Assembly (NCBI RefSeq): GCF_025370875.1
Contig: NZ_JAMXFD010000004.1
Coordinates: 196,777 to 260,776 of the forward strand
Reading direction: 5' to 3'
Length of the DNA: 64,000 nt
From: Laspinema palackyanum D2c
Lineage (GTDB): Bacteria > Cyanobacteriota > Cyanobacteriia > Cyanobacteriales > Laspinemataceae
Under the pieces are notes generated by a model. It had not been told where the DNA came from, made no database searches, and was given only the letters and a program-made list of their open reading frames with translations. This document shows positions 49,529 through 60,005 of the stretch, piece by piece. Made by a program: the position numbers and the translations under genes. How positions within the stretch are numbered: the stretch's first letter is position 1; every line of letters begins with the position of its first letter.

Positions 49529-49858
49529 GGGATTACCTCAAACTGCTGTAATGAACAGGACATCGACAATAAAATACAATTCAGTTTAAATCAATCAACG
49601 CGATGAGAGTCTTTCAAGTTTTCCCCGGGGCAATCCAACTGCTGCCCCACGAATCTTGCTAGGATACCACACCGGATACCCCACCCGAGCGATCGCTGGA
49701 CAACAACTTGCCATAAATTTTTTTGATGGATTGGGGACTTACCCTAGTCAATCAATCAATTCATGATCACCGCAAAACCCCTAAACAGAGCCTTGGTGCG
49801 CTTGTTTCAACAAAAAACCCCCTAAGTCCGGAAACTGCCCGGAAGTTTCTATCATGGA

Positions 49859-49992
49859 GGGGATGGGGGAGATGGGGAAGATAGGGGAGATGGGGAAGAT
49901 AGAGGAGATAGGGAAGATGGGGAGTATTCAACGTCCCGACTTCAGTCGTTTCCCCTGTTCAACGTCCCGACTTCAGTCGTTTCTTCCCTTTA
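49859..49992. repeat. STRR-like (GATGGGGA/GATAGGGA)n tract followed by two ~30-bp hairpin-family units (TTCAACGTCCCGACTTCAGTCGTTTC x2).
   Basis: Same two-part architecture (G-rich octamer tract plus hairpin units) as at 19121-19460. Confidence 0.75.
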
Positions 49993-50234
49993 ATCCTGCT
50001 AACAATACAAAGTGACTCAAAACCAGACTACATTATCCCTCCAACTTTCTTCACCGCACCCTATATCTCACAAGCAATATCCCCCCCCTTCCCCAACACC
50101 GATCGCGCTGCAACCCGAAGCAGATTTAGACCCCAATTTCTGTTAATTTCCCTAAACTTATATTAATTATTCCCTCAAATCTGCGGTACAATTAAATGCG
50201 TCTTTTCGATTAGATCTGACCTGCCCCCAAATTC

Positions 50235-51548
50235 ATGCTAGAAATCAACGCTCCTAACTTATATTTATTTAGTTACCATCTCAAAGAAGGGTTAGGCATC
50301 AGCCTAGAAAGCAGTCAACGGAATTATCACTCAGTTTTAGAAAAAATAGTGGGGGATATTTCTCGATTAATCCCCGATGCGATCGCCCCGGATTGTCAGG
50401 AAACTTTCCTCGCTCTCCAGTCCCAACCCACCGCCGATTTAAAATTTAAAGGAACCCTCCATAACCACACCATCCTCGGACGCTATCTGCGGCGTAGTCT
50501 CCATCAGACTTATGCCTTAATCTTTGATGGTTCAGTTCAGGAAAGATATAACGCCCATCAAATTCAGAGTCTGCTGAGTACCCTCAAACCCCTAACCCCT
50601 AACCCCTATTCCCCCGATAATTTAGGACAAACTTGGCTAATTTCAGGAGTTTGGGAACATGGCAATTCCACTCAAATCGAAAAACTGGCCGAAGAGAGCT
50701 ATAAAACCTTAATCTCTCCGGAAGGATGGCATCATCGCGCAACAGGAGACTATGTGGGGGTGAAACTGCATGAGTTTTGGCGGACATCTCGGGGAAACAC
50801 TGGGGCGACAATTGAAGGCAATAGTTATTTACTCCTGCTTCTGTATCCCGATCGCGAAATGTTTCAAGCGGGATGGGGATTTTATGAACAATGGCAACAA
50901 GTTTTATTATCTCGCCATCAAATTGTTTGGGCCCACTGCCAGAGTCAACAGCTCAAACAACAGCTAATCGACAAATATCACCAGATTGAGGCGATCGCTG
51001 ATTATTCTGAGCTAAGTCTCTATCACCTCAAAACCACGAGGGATGCTCTCTGCGGATTGCTCACCGGATTCACGACGTTAGAGAGCTATTTCAATTGGAT
51101 GGAAATCTATATCGACCATTATGATCAATATTGCCATCAGTTAGAACAAGATGCTGATGGTTTAGGGTTAACAGACCTCACGTTTTTAAAACAATTCAGC
51201 ACCTCCGTCAAACAAACTTACCTCCCTCGACTGCAAGGGGATATCAATGCATTCCGCTTAAATTTGGAACGGATACAACATCTAACCCAGATGATTCAGG
51301 GTCAGGTGGAAATTCGTCAGGCCCAGCGCGATCGCACCGTTAAAACCGCAGTGGCGATCGGGGGAGTCGGTGTGGCGACAGGTTGTATAGTAGCCGTCGC
51401 TTCTTCGATGAATCCTCCTGTTTCCTCCGTGAATCCGGGGACAAATTCAGGCTTGACTGGGCTCTTATTGTTAAGTGTAATTTGCGGAGGGGTCGCCAGT
51501 TTAGTCACTTTTGTAGCCCTCTCCCTCTGGCAAAAACTCGGGAAGTGA
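50235..51548 (+). CDS. Hypothetical protein with two C-terminal TM helices.
   Basis: 437 aa, no recognisable domain. C-terminal TM segments AVAIGGVGVATGCIVAVASS and LTGLLLLSVICGGVASLVTFVALSLW. Confidence 0.5.
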   Translation: MLEINAPNLYLFSYHLKEGLGISLESSQRNYHSVLEKIVGDISRLIPDAIAPDCQETFLALQSQPTADLKFKGTLHNHTILGRYLRRSLHQTYALIFDGSVQERYNAHQIQSLLSTLKPLTPNPYSPDNLGQTWLISGVWEHGNSTQIEKLAEESYKTLISPEGWHHRATGDYVGVKLHEFWRTSRGNTGATIEGNSYLLLLLYPDREMFQAGWGFYEQWQQVLLSRHQIVWAHCQSQQLKQQLIDKYHQIEAIADYSELSLYHLKTTRDALCGLLTGFTTLESYFNWMEIYIDHYDQYCHQLEQDADGLGLTDLTFLKQFSTSVKQTYLPRLQGDINAFRLNLERIQHLTQMIQGQVEIRQAQRDRTVKTAVAIGGVGVATGCIVAVASSMNPPVSSVNPGTNSGLTGLLLLSVICGGVASLVTFVALSLWQKLGK

Positions 51549-51623
51549 TGCGGGGGTTGATCCGGCGATCGCACGTTTCTCCTGCTAAAATTAAGTCTAG
51601 CACAACCCCCCGGAGAAATAGCT

Positions 51624-52322
51624 ATGGTTACAGAAGTGCGATCGCCTGAACCCCAGGCAACCGTCATCTACCCGGATAGCGATGGTCAACCAATGGCAGA
51701 CAATACCCAACAATTTGCGCTGATCGTCTGGATTAAAGAAAATTTAGAACGGGTCTATGCTCCCGATCCGAATGTCTTCGTCGCCGGAGATTTATTGTGG
51801 TATCCCGTTGAAGGAAATAATAAACTCAGACAAGCGCCGGATGTGATGGTAGCATTCGGACGACCCAAAGGATATCGAGGGTCTTACCAACAATGGAAGG
51901 AAGAGAATATCCCCCCGCAGGTAGTTTTTGAAATTTGGTCTCCCGGGAACCGTCCCTCGGAAATGGCCAAGAAATTGGCGTTTTATCAGAACTACGGTGT
52001 AGAAGAATATTATCTCTATCATCCCGATTTACTGGATTTAGCAGGATGGTGCAAGGGTGAGGAGGGTTTACAACCGATCGAACAAATGGACGGCTGGGTG
52101 AGTCCCCGCCTTGGGGTACGCTTTCAAATGGCAGACACGGGATTGCAACTGTATCGTCCCGATGGCGAACCATTTCTCACCACGTTGGAATTAGAGGAAC
52201 GGGCGCTACAGGCCGAAGAACGGGCGCGACAAGCGGAATCGGAACTGGAACGAGAACGCCAGAAATCCCAGGTACTCGCCGATCGCCTACGCTCTATGGG
52301 AATTGATCCAGATGAGTTGTAG
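51624..52322 (+). CDS. Uma2-family (DUF820) putative endonuclease with a C-terminal coiled-coil extension.
   Basis: TVIYPDSDGQPMADNTQQFALI ... APDVMVAFG ... VVFEIWSPGN ... YQNYGVEEYYLYHPD. The tail LELEERALQAEERARQAESELERERQKS is coiled-coil-like. Confidence 0.8.
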   Translation: MVTEVRSPEPQATVIYPDSDGQPMADNTQQFALIVWIKENLERVYAPDPNVFVAGDLLWYPVEGNNKLRQAPDVMVAFGRPKGYRGSYQQWKEENIPPQVVFEIWSPGNRPSEMAKKLAFYQNYGVEEYYLYHPDLLDLAGWCKGEEGLQPIEQMDGWVSPRLGVRFQMADTGLQLYRPDGEPFLTTLELEERALQAEERARQAESELERERQKSQVLADRLRSMGIDPDEL

Positions 52323-52492
52323 GGATATCTAAATCGCTCATCCCGACCCGGATGCGATCGCATTTATCCCCGGGGCGATCGCACCACTTCTGGCAAAAAT
52401 TCTCCCGATAAACTACTCCAATCCATCCGGGATTCCTCGAAAATGTCCTGAGAAATTTCCACCGGGATTACCCTCTCATACGAGTCCATATC

Positions 52493-52960
52493 ATGCAAAT
52501 CAATTTAGAATCTTCAACTTTTGCGATCGCTCCTGGCAGTTTGCGACAAGTTCACCATATCGCATTTAACGTCAGGGATTTGGCAGCATCCCGCCATTTT
52601 TATGGCCGGATCCTCGGGTTAGAGGAACTAACTGGGGAGTCTGTTCCCACCACGTTGCGCGAATTAGTCGCAACGGGGAAAGTTGCCAATTTTGTTACCC
52701 CAGATGGGACGGTTATCGATTTATTTTACGAACCGGATTTATTACCCCCGGACCCGGACCCGAAACGTGCCTTTACCCGTGCCAATCATCTCGCCTTCGA
52801 TATCGATCCGCAGTTATTTGACGACGCAGTTGAGGCACTTAAAGCGCATCAGGTGGCGATCGATAGCGGTCCCGTCACCCGTCCGACTGGACGCGGTATC
52901 TACTTTTACGATCCCGATGGGTTTATTATCGAGATCCGTTGCAATCCTCTCGACAGTTGA
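52493..52960 (+). CDS. VOC-family (glyoxalase/bleomycin-resistance/extradiol dioxygenase) protein.
   Basis: VHHIAFNVRDLAASRHFYGRILGL ... ANHLAFDID ... GIYFYDPDGFIIEI. Confidence 0.8.
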   Translation: MQINLESSTFAIAPGSLRQVHHIAFNVRDLAASRHFYGRILGLEELTGESVPTTLRELVATGKVANFVTPDGTVIDLFYEPDLLPPDPDPKRAFTRANHLAFDIDPQLFDDAVEALKAHQVAIDSGPVTRPTGRGIYFYDPDGFIIEIRCNPLDS

Positions 52961-53633
52961 CCGATAAAAGTCCGAGGCGAGTCCGGGGAAAGTGGGGTTT
53001 GAGACTGTGGAAACCTGAGAATATCTCCCGTTTCCTCCCTATCGAGTAACTTGAGTTGCCATTGGAATAAAAATCCCTGAAGATTTATCTGTAAAACGGG
53101 ATACCAAATCCCGCTTTTAACCAGTCGCCGTTAACCTCTTCTCGTTAGAAGAGTCGGGGTTGATGTTGCCACGAAGGGTCAATCCTTCCTATGAATCATC
53201 CACAGGATTCCTGCTTGAGGATACCTCGGCGATCGCCTCGGATATCCCCCCAGGAACTGCCTCTTTAAATAAAGAAGCCTTTCGCGATCGCGAAAGGCTT
53301 TTCCATTACATCCACCGAAACGATGGTATCCCATCGGTTAGGGTCTTTCCTCGCAAACCCATTTCAGAATATTTAAGCGAAAATCCAGGGCTTCCGGACC
53401 TTCCTGACGTATTTGCCCCCGGAAAAATCTCTCCCTAATCCATGCTAAAAACAAGTTTTCCTGGGGATTTTACTGAAGAGGACAGCGGGTCAGAACCTCC
53501 TGCCCTGGGGCTGTTACAAGGTTTTTTCTCCCTCTACAGGTTTTCTTGAGAGAGAGAAACCCTGTTGATTTTCTTAAGTAGAAACTCCCAAAAAGGACTC
53601 TATATTAATGATCGCTCCCCCCGATGCTCTGAA

Positions 53634-54029
53634 TTAAGCCGCTTCGGTTTCGCCGTCTTTTTCTGACTCGTCCACTTGAATTAAATGGATATGCTTGTAA
53701 CCTAGCTTAATTTCAAACTCATCACCGGGCTTCAACCCCATTGCTTGGGTGTAGGTTGAACCAATCACGAGTTGACCATTTTGGTGGACGGAAACCCGAT
53801 AGCTTGCTTCTCTGCCACGAGTGCTCTTTTTGGCTTCCGGATCCAAGGCGATGCCTCTGGCTTCGAGCAGTGCATCATAAAAGTCAGTCAGATTGACCCG
53901 AGTTTCCCCACCTTTTGTGGTGGTATAGTAACCACAAGCCTTTGCTAACTCTCGCCGGGGTAAGTTGGCGAGTTCTTTTGCCTTCTTGAGCAGCGCTTTT
54001 CCTCTTAGGGCAGTTGCTGTTTCAGCCAT
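53634..54029 (-). CDS. Cyanobacterial AbrB-like transcriptional regulator (cyAbrB/CalA family).
   Basis: C-terminal AbrB/SpoVT swapped-hairpin domain (YRVSVHQNGQLVIGSTYTQAMGLKPGDEFEIKL). N-terminal domain typical of cyAbrB (LLKKAKELANLPRRELAKACGYYT). Confidence 0.8.
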   Translation of the reverse strand: MAETATALRGKALLKKAKELANLPRRELAKACGYYTTTKGGETRVNLTDFYDALLEARGIALDPEAKKSTRGREASYRVSVHQNGQLVIGSTYTQAMGLKPGDEFEIKLGYKHIHLIQVDESEKDGETEAA

Positions 54030-54595
54030 TATTAATTCCTTACTAACTCTTCTTACAAGAATTATTATAAACGAACTTCTAAAAAATACAACACCTATTT
54101 TTAAAATTTAATTACTCAGACACGACATTGCCGATCCTGCGATCAAAGGAATTTATCAAGTCGTGGCCCTTAGCATTGAACCGCTATTTTTGCAGTGACA
54201 GACCACTGACTCCTCTATATAGCAGAGGCTTCCTCCTTGTCACTCCATCTCCTTAAGATTTTTCACTCCCTCCTCTCCCTTAAAAGCTTTGTCTTTCAGA
54301 AAAAAGAAAACTTGATAAAATTGCCCAGATTTATGATAAGGGCTGAAATAGGCGAGTAGGAGGAAGGTGATACTCAATCCGTCCCGTCGCCACTTCCCTC
54401 ATTCACGTCAATTCCACCCAACTCTTCCCTCACCACAATCCCTAACCCGTTTTGGTATTAATAGCCTTGATTCGGTTTCCACAGAGTAAATCCACTGAAA
54501 AATTCCCCCGAATGGGACGCAAGGGATATTTCTCTAATTGATCATCTCAGCAGAGGGCAATCTTCTATTTTTAGGTCTCTGTAAAATCCTGACCC

Positions 54596-54860
54596 GGGAA
54601 AGTGGGGAGAAGTGGGGTGGGTATCTCACATCAGAGGATGGGGGGATGGGTCTTATGTCATTGGTCTTATGTCCCTCGTTGATGGGGGTATGGGTCATTT
54701 GTTGTTGGTCTTATGTCTTATGTCCTTGGTCCTTGGTCCTTGGTTCTTGGTTGATGGGGGGGATGGGTCTTATGTCTTATGTCCTTGGTTGATGGGGGAG
54801 ATGGGGTATTGCTGACAACAAATGACCAACAACAAATGGCCAACAACAAATCGCTAATTA
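54596..54860. repeat. Complex microsatellite region: (GATGGGGG)n octamers, GGTCTTATGTC repeats, (CCTTGGT)5, and (CCAACAACAAATG[AG])3.
   Basis: Read directly. Overlaps the 5' part of the long ORF 54779-55444. Several GGGG runs in 54640-54800 (G-quadruplex potential). Confidence 0.8.
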
Positions 54861-55072
54861 CTAACTTAAGAAGTGTTATTTTTTCCTTGGGTTACATGAA
54901 AACCCTCAAGACTTTGTGGAGAGAGCGTTTTGAGCTTATAAATGGACCAAATTTTGCCTGGGGTTGGGGGCAAAACTGGAAACTGATGACTCAGGGGGAT
55001 AGCCAGACGATCCCAAATCGATGTACCATGATCCCGGTGTTGATATCCAAACCGATTCAATCAAGAGGTCTC

Positions 55073-55444
55073 ATGGTGTTGTCTCTTAATGAAAGGTCCT
55101 TTAAACAAGAAGTTTTAGAAGCTCCCACTCCTGTTCTCGTGAATTTTTGGGCACCGTGGTGCGGTATTTGTTTGCTGATTAACCCGATTTTGAAGGGATT
55201 TGAGGCTGAATGGGGCGAAACGGTGAAAATTGGCGGAATTAATGCCGATCAAACCTTAAAGCTGGCAAGTACCTATCGGATCGCGACGTTGCCCACCCTG
55301 ATTTTGTTTGATGGAGGATCCATTATCCATCGGATTGAAGGGTTCCAAGGACGAGATGACTTAACTCGTGAATTAAGGTCCCTGCTCCTGAACACTCAAA
55401 AAGCCCATTCTTATTCCCAGTTACAACCGGCCATCAATTCCTGA
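55073..55444 (+). CDS. Thioredoxin-fold protein with a non-canonical WCGIC active site. Start chosen at MVLSLNE.
   Basis: VLVNFWAPWCGICLLINPIL...IATLPTLILFDGGSII is a classic thioredoxin fold. The six-frame ORF extends upstream to 54779 through microsatellite sequence and is unlikely to be coding there. Alternative starts are 54896 (MKTL) and 54986 (MTQG). Confidence 0.65.
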   Translation: MVLSLNERSFKQEVLEAPTPVLVNFWAPWCGICLLINPILKGFEAEWGETVKIGGINADQTLKLASTYRIATLPTLILFDGGSIIHRIEGFQGRDDLTRELRSLLLNTQKAHSYSQLQPAINS

Positions 55445-55813
55445 TGAGAGTTTCTCGTCAGGAATTTTTTACAGCAATCCGCTTTTTTGGGGATGAATCA
55501 CGGGCCCTGTACTACGGGTGAGCCCGTGTTTCGTTCTTAAAAATTGGAACTCCTAAACCCCATCTAGTCTAATCTGCGTGGGGTTTTTCCTTTGGGGTTC
55601 AGGGGTGAGGAGAATTCTGTTTGAGGGGTGGGGAAAATCGGTGAGGCCCACCTCGGGATTCAAACCGTTAGGGATTATATCAGAAAACCCCAAAAATGCA
55701 AATGAGTGAATATCGCTATGATATCCCTAGTCTCCCGTTTCTATGACGGGTCTATGTCAAAATGTTAACCAGTGAGTTAACTCAGTAAAGAAGTATTTAA
55801 GTGGGCGTCAGCG

Positions 55814-57883
55814 ATGGAACCAATTTATCAGTATGCTTGGCTGATTCCAGTTTTGCCTTTATTAGCGGCAATGCTGGTCGGCTTGGGCCTGATTTCTTAT
55901 AACAAGACGACCAATAATTTGCGGCAAGCAACTGCCGCATTCTTGGTCTCCTCCGTAGGTGGGGCAATGGTTTTGTCCTTTGCCTTGCTCTGGAGTCAAA
56001 TCCAAGGACATGAAACTTACACCCGCACCCTGGAATGGGCGGCAGCGGGGAATTTTCACCTAACAATGGGTTACACCATTGACCACCTCTCGGCGCTGAT
56101 GCTGGCGATCGTGACTACGGTGGCCCTGTTGGTGATGATTTACACCGATGGCTACATGGCTCATGATCCCGGATATGTGCGCTTTTACACCTACCTGAGC
56201 CTGTTTAGCTCCTCAATGTTGGGTCTGGTGATCAGTCCGAACCTGGTTCAGGTTTATATTTTCTGGGAACTCGTGGGGATGTGTTCCTATTTGCTGATCG
56301 GCTTTTGGTTCGATCGCAAACCGGCAGCCGATGCTTGTCAGAAAGCCTTTGTCACCAACCGCGTCGGTGACTTTGGTCTGCTGTTGGGAATGTTGGGCTT
56401 ATATTGGGCAACGGATAGTTTTGATTTTCAAATCATGGGCGATCGCCTGCAAGATCTCGTCCAATCTGGGGCGATCGGTGCAGGAGTCGCGGCCCTTCTC
56501 GCCATCCTAGTCTTTCTGGGACCCGTTGCCAAATCTGCTCAATTCCCCCTCCATGTCTGGTTACCGGACGCAATGGAAGGCCCCACACCCATCTCGGCCT
56601 TAATCCACGCCGCCACGATGGTGGCTGCCGGAGTCTTCTTAATCGCCCGGATGTATCCCGTCTTTGAACATATCCCCAGCGCCATGACCGTCATTGCCTG
56701 GACCGGATGTTTCACCGCCTTCCTGGGGGCCACCATCGCCCTCACCCAAACCGACATCAAAAAAGGGTTAGCCTACTCCACCATGTCCCAACTGGGTTAC
56801 ATGGTCATGGCAATGGGAATCGGGGCTTACAGCGCCGGACTCTTTCACCTCATGACCCACGCCTACTTCAAAGCCATGCTGTTTCTCGGGTCTGGATCCG
56901 TGATTCATGGCATGGAAGAAGTCGTGGGTCATGACCCCACCCTGGCCCAAGATATGCGGCTAATGGGGGGACTGCGGAAATTTATGCCGATTACCGCCAT
57001 TACCTTCGCGATCGGCACCCTCGCCATTTGTGGCATCCCGCCCTTTGCTGGATTCTGGTCCAAAGACGAGATCCTCGGGGCCGCCTTTGAAGCCAATCCC
57101 GCCCTCTGGGGCGTCGGCTGGCTGACCGCTGGGATGACCGCCTTCTATATGTTCCGGATGTACTTCATGACCTTTGAAGGACCCTTCCGAGGCAACGACA
57201 CCGAAATTCGTCACCAACTCAAAAGCGAAGCCGAAGCCGGGGAACCCATCCTCGCCTTTGGTCCTGGAGCAATGGACCCTCGGGAACTGGAAGCCAGCCA
57301 CGATGACCACTCTCACGGTCATCACAGCGAATATCCCCATGAGTCTCCCCTAGCCATGACCTTCCCCTTGATGGCCCTGGCCGTGCCTTCGGTCCTGATT
57401 GGGTTGGTGGGGACTCCCTTTGCCAATTACTTTGAGGCATTTATTCATCCTCCCAGTGAATCCATGCTGGAAATTGCTGAACACGCCGAAGAATTCAACC
57501 TCACCGAATTCTTAGTCATGGGCGGCAGTTCCGTGGGAATTGCCTTGATTGGGATTACCGTGGCATCCCTGATGTACTTGAGTCGGAAAATCGACCCAGG
57601 GGCGATCGCCGCCCAAATCAAACCCCTTTACTTGCTTTCCCGCAAGAAATGGTACTTTGACGAAATCTACAACTCCCTGTTTGTCGTCGGTTCTCGCCGA
57701 TTAGCCAGACAGGTGATGGAAGTGGATTATCGCGTCGTTGATGGGGCCGTCAACCTCACCGGGTTGATTACCGTCATCAGTGGCGAAGGACTCAAATACT
57801 TTGAAAATGGTCGCGCCCAGTTCTATGCCTTGATCGTCTTTGTTGCCGTTCTAGGCTTAGTCATCCTCTCCGGCGTGACTTAA
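55814..57883 (+). CDS. ndhF: NAD(P)H-quinone oxidoreductase subunit 5 / NDH-1 subunit F (NdhF1-like by length).
   Basis: 689 aa, polytopic. Conserved NuoL/NdhF motifs (GWEGVGLCSYLLIGFW-like WELVGMCSYLLIGFWF, HAATMVAAGVFLIAR, TMSQLGYMV). Confidence 0.9.
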   Translation: MEPIYQYAWLIPVLPLLAAMLVGLGLISYNKTTNNLRQATAAFLVSSVGGAMVLSFALLWSQIQGHETYTRTLEWAAAGNFHLTMGYTIDHLSALMLAIVTTVALLVMIYTDGYMAHDPGYVRFYTYLSLFSSSMLGLVISPNLVQVYIFWELVGMCSYLLIGFWFDRKPAADACQKAFVTNRVGDFGLLLGMLGLYWATDSFDFQIMGDRLQDLVQSGAIGAGVAALLAILVFLGPVAKSAQFPLHVWLPDAMEGPTPISALIHAATMVAAGVFLIARMYPVFEHIPSAMTVIAWTGCFTAFLGATIALTQTDIKKGLAYSTMSQLGYMVMAMGIGAYSAGLFHLMTHAYFKAMLFLGSGSVIHGMEEVVGHDPTLAQDMRLMGGLRKFMPITAITFAIGTLAICGIPPFAGFWSKDEILGAAFEANPALWGVGWLTAGMTAFYMFRMYFMTFEGPFRGNDTEIRHQLKSEAEAGEPILAFGPGAMDPRELEASHDDHSHGHHSEYPHESPLAMTFPLMALAVPSVLIGLVGTPFANYFEAFIHPPSESMLEIAEHAEEFNLTEFLVMGGSSVGIALIGITVASLMYLSRKIDPGAIAAQIKPLYLLSRKKWYFDEIYNSLFVVGSRRLARQVMEVDYRVVDGAVNLTGLITVISGEGLKYFENGRAQFYALIVFVAVLGLVILSGVT

Positions 57884-57906
57884 TCTAATTCATCTGTCGC
57901 CCAAGC

Positions 57907-57954
57907 AGAAGCCAGAATTCCAGCATCATTGCCTCGGATTTAATTCTGGCTTCT
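57907..57954 (+). terminator. Hairpin after ndhF (AGAAGCCAGAATT ... AATTCTGGCTTCT, 13-bp stem).
   Basis: Perfect inverted repeat 24 nt after the stop. No clean T tract. Confidence 0.4.
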
Positions 57955-57978
57955 GTAGTGTGACGGGTGAGTTTTCCA

Positions 57979-58092
57979 TACTCAATCCGGTTGAAAAAGA
58001 CCCGCAGGCTGAAGCCTGGGGCTACACGAACGAAGCCCGCCTGCGCGGGCTAAGACGAAGAAAAAAGACTTTTGACCACCGGATTGAGGGTA
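57979..58092. mobile_element. MITE-like insertion. A ~55-bp GC-hairpin repeat copy (inverted relative to 58146/58208) is bounded by a 10-bp perfect terminal inverted repeat (CTCAATCCGG ... CCGGATTGAG).
   Basis: Terminal inverted repeat at 57981-57990 / 58079-58088. Internal copy 57998-58052 is the reverse complement of the direct repeats at 58146-58262. Confidence 0.5.
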
Positions 58093-58145
58093 TTCCAACA
58101 AATAAATCATCCAAATCCCATTGTTAAGGACCTCCTTTACTCTCT

Positions 58146-58262
58146 TAGCCTGCGAAGGCAGGCTTCGTCCGTATAGCCCCACCCTTCAGGGTGCGGGTTA
58201 TTGTTCTTAGCCTGCGAAGGCAGGCTTCGTCCGTATAGCCCCAGGCTTCAGCCTGCGGGTTT
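58146..58262. repeat. Two direct ~55-bp copies (TTAGCCTGCGAAGGCAGGCTTCGTCCGTATAGCCCCA..CTTCAG..TGCGGGTT), each with a GCCTGCGAAGGCAGGC hairpin.
   Basis: Copies at 58146-58200 and 58208-58262. An inverted copy lies at 57998-58052. Related tail at 9580-9640. Confidence 0.85.
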
Positions 58263-58326
58263 TGGATATTTTATTTTTTGGGATTCCCTTAGTCTCTTTG
58301 ATGAATTTTGTTAGCGATCTATAAAC

Positions 58327-59904
58327 ATGGCTGAATTTCCTTGGCTGACTACAATTATCCTGTTTCCGATCGCGGCATCCCTACTCATCCCTGTTATCCC
58401 CGATAAAGATGGGCGCACGGTGCGTTGGTATGCCCTAATCGTCGGACTCATGGACTTTGCCCTCATTGTCTACACCTTCTGTAATCATTACGACCTCAGT
58501 AACCCGAATATCCAGCTTTTTGAAAGCTATTCCTGGGTTCCTGCCTTAGACCTCAACTGGTCAGTCGGGGCCGATGGCTTATCCATGCCCCTGATTATCC
58601 TCACCGGATTTATCACCACCCTGGCAATTTTGGCCTCCTGGCCCGTCACCTTAAAGCCAAAACTCTTTTTCTTCTTGATTTTGGCCATGTATGGCGGACA
58701 GATTGCCGTTTTTGCCGTCCAGGATATGCTCTTGTTCTTCCTGGTATGGGAATTGGAACTGATTCCGGTGTACCTGCTGCTGTCCATTTGGGGCGGTAAA
58801 AAACGCCTCTATGCAGCCACCAAATTTATCCTCTACACCGCAGGCGGTTCCCTGTTTATTCTCCTGGCGGGCCTCGCAATGGCCTTCTACGGCGATACCG
58901 TCACCTTTGATATGCAGTCCCTCGCGGCGAAGGATTACGCCATTAACTTAGAACTGTTGCTCTATGCAGCATTTTTAATTGCCTACGGCGTCAAACTGCC
59001 TATCTTCCCCTTACATACCTGGTTACCCGACGCCCACGGGGAAGCCACCGCCCCAGTGCATATGTTACTCGCCGGAATTCTGCTGAAGATGGGAGGATAC
59101 GCCATCATCCGCATGAATGCCCAAATGTTACCCGATGCTCACGCGGTGTTTGCACCGATGTTAGTCATCCTCGGGGTAGTGAATATCATTTATGCCGCTC
59201 TCACCTCCTTTGCCCAACGCAACCTCAAACGGAAAATTGCCTATTCCTCCATTTCTCACATGGGATTTGTGCTAATTGGGATTGGCTCATTTACCGACCT
59301 AGGGTTAAGCGGTGCTGTCCTGCAAATGGTCTCTCATGGACTGATTGGGGCGAGTTTGTTCTTCATGGTGGGAGCAACTTACGATCGCACCCATACCCTG
59401 ATGTTGGATGAAATGGGCGGCATTGGCAAAAAGATGAAAAAGTCCTTTGCCATGTGGACCACCTGTTCCCTAGCCTCCTTAGCGTTGCCGGGAATGAGTG
59501 GATTTGTGGCTGAATTAATGGTCTTTGTCGGCTTTGCCACCAGCGATGCCTACAGCCTGACATTCCGCGTCGTCGTCGTCTTCTTAGCGGCAGTCGGCGT
59601 CATTCTCACTCCGATTTATCTCCTGTCCATGTTGCGAGAAATGTTATACGGACCGGAAAACAAGGAATTAGTGGAACATGAAGCCCTGATTGATTCCGAA
59701 CCCCGGGAAGTGTTTATCATTGCTTGCCTGTTGGTGCCGATTATTGGGATTGGCTTATATCCCAAGATTCTCACCCAAATCTACGATGCAACCACGGTAC
59801 AGTTAACCGCAAGATTGCGGAACTCAGTACCGACGTTGGCGGAAAATGCCTCGGTTGCCTTAGCCGAACCGATGAAAGCCCCGGTAATTGGGAGTCCTCG
59901 ATAG
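58327..59904 (+). CDS. ndhD: NAD(P)H-quinone oxidoreductase chain 4 / NDH-1 subunit D.
   Basis: 525 aa, polytopic. NuoM/NdhD motifs ([40 protein letters not shown]). Confidence 0.9.
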   Translation: MAEFPWLTTIILFPIAASLLIPVIPDKDGRTVRWYALIVGLMDFALIVYTFCNHYDLSNPNIQLFESYSWVPALDLNWSVGADGLSMPLIILTGFITTLAILASWPVTLKPKLFFFLILAMYGGQIAVFAVQDMLLFFLVWELELIPVYLLLSIWGGKKRLYAATKFILYTAGGSLFILLAGLAMAFYGDTVTFDMQSLAAKDYAINLELLLYAAFLIAYGVKLPIFPLHTWLPDAHGEATAPVHMLLAGILLKMGGYAIIRMNAQMLPDAHAVFAPMLVILGVVNIIYAALTSFAQRNLKRKIAYSSISHMGFVLIGIGSFTDLGLSGAVLQMVSHGLIGASLFFMVGATYDRTHTLMLDEMGGIGKKMKKSFAMWTTCSLASLALPGMSGFVAELMVFVGFATSDAYSLTFRVVVVFLAAVGVILTPIYLLSMLREMLYGPENKELVEHEALIDSEPREVFIIACLLVPIIGIGLYPKILTQIYDATTVQLTARLRNSVPTLAENASVALAEPMKAPVIGSPR

Positions 59905-59922
59905 GTTCTCTACAATTTATTT

Positions 59923-59947
59923 AAGGACACGGCAATCCCGTGTCCTT
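59923..59947 (+). terminator. Hairpin after ndhD (AAGGACACGG-CAATC-CCGTGTCCTT).
   Basis: 10-bp perfect stem 19 nt after the stop. A T-rich tract lies ~14 nt downstream. Confidence 0.45.
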
Positions 59948-60005
59948 GCTGTCAAGGTAGTTTTAATTAGCTACCTTTTTTTATAATCATTTATACTTCC
60001 AACCC

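Noticed and set aside
53160-53438. 92-aa ORF between the VOC gene and the AbrB-like gene
   Set aside because: No homology features or RBS. Proline/serine-rich, with random-looking composition. Likely an intergenic region upstream of the AbrB-like gene.
54538-54815. ORFs encoding GLMSLVLGPW... peptides
   Set aside because: Microsatellite translation artefacts of the GATGGGGG / GTCTTATGTC / CCTTGGT repeats.
56539-57440. Antisense ORFs (60-126 aa) within ndhF
   Set aside because: They lie inside the strongly supported ndhF frame. GC-rich antisense frames often stay open by chance.
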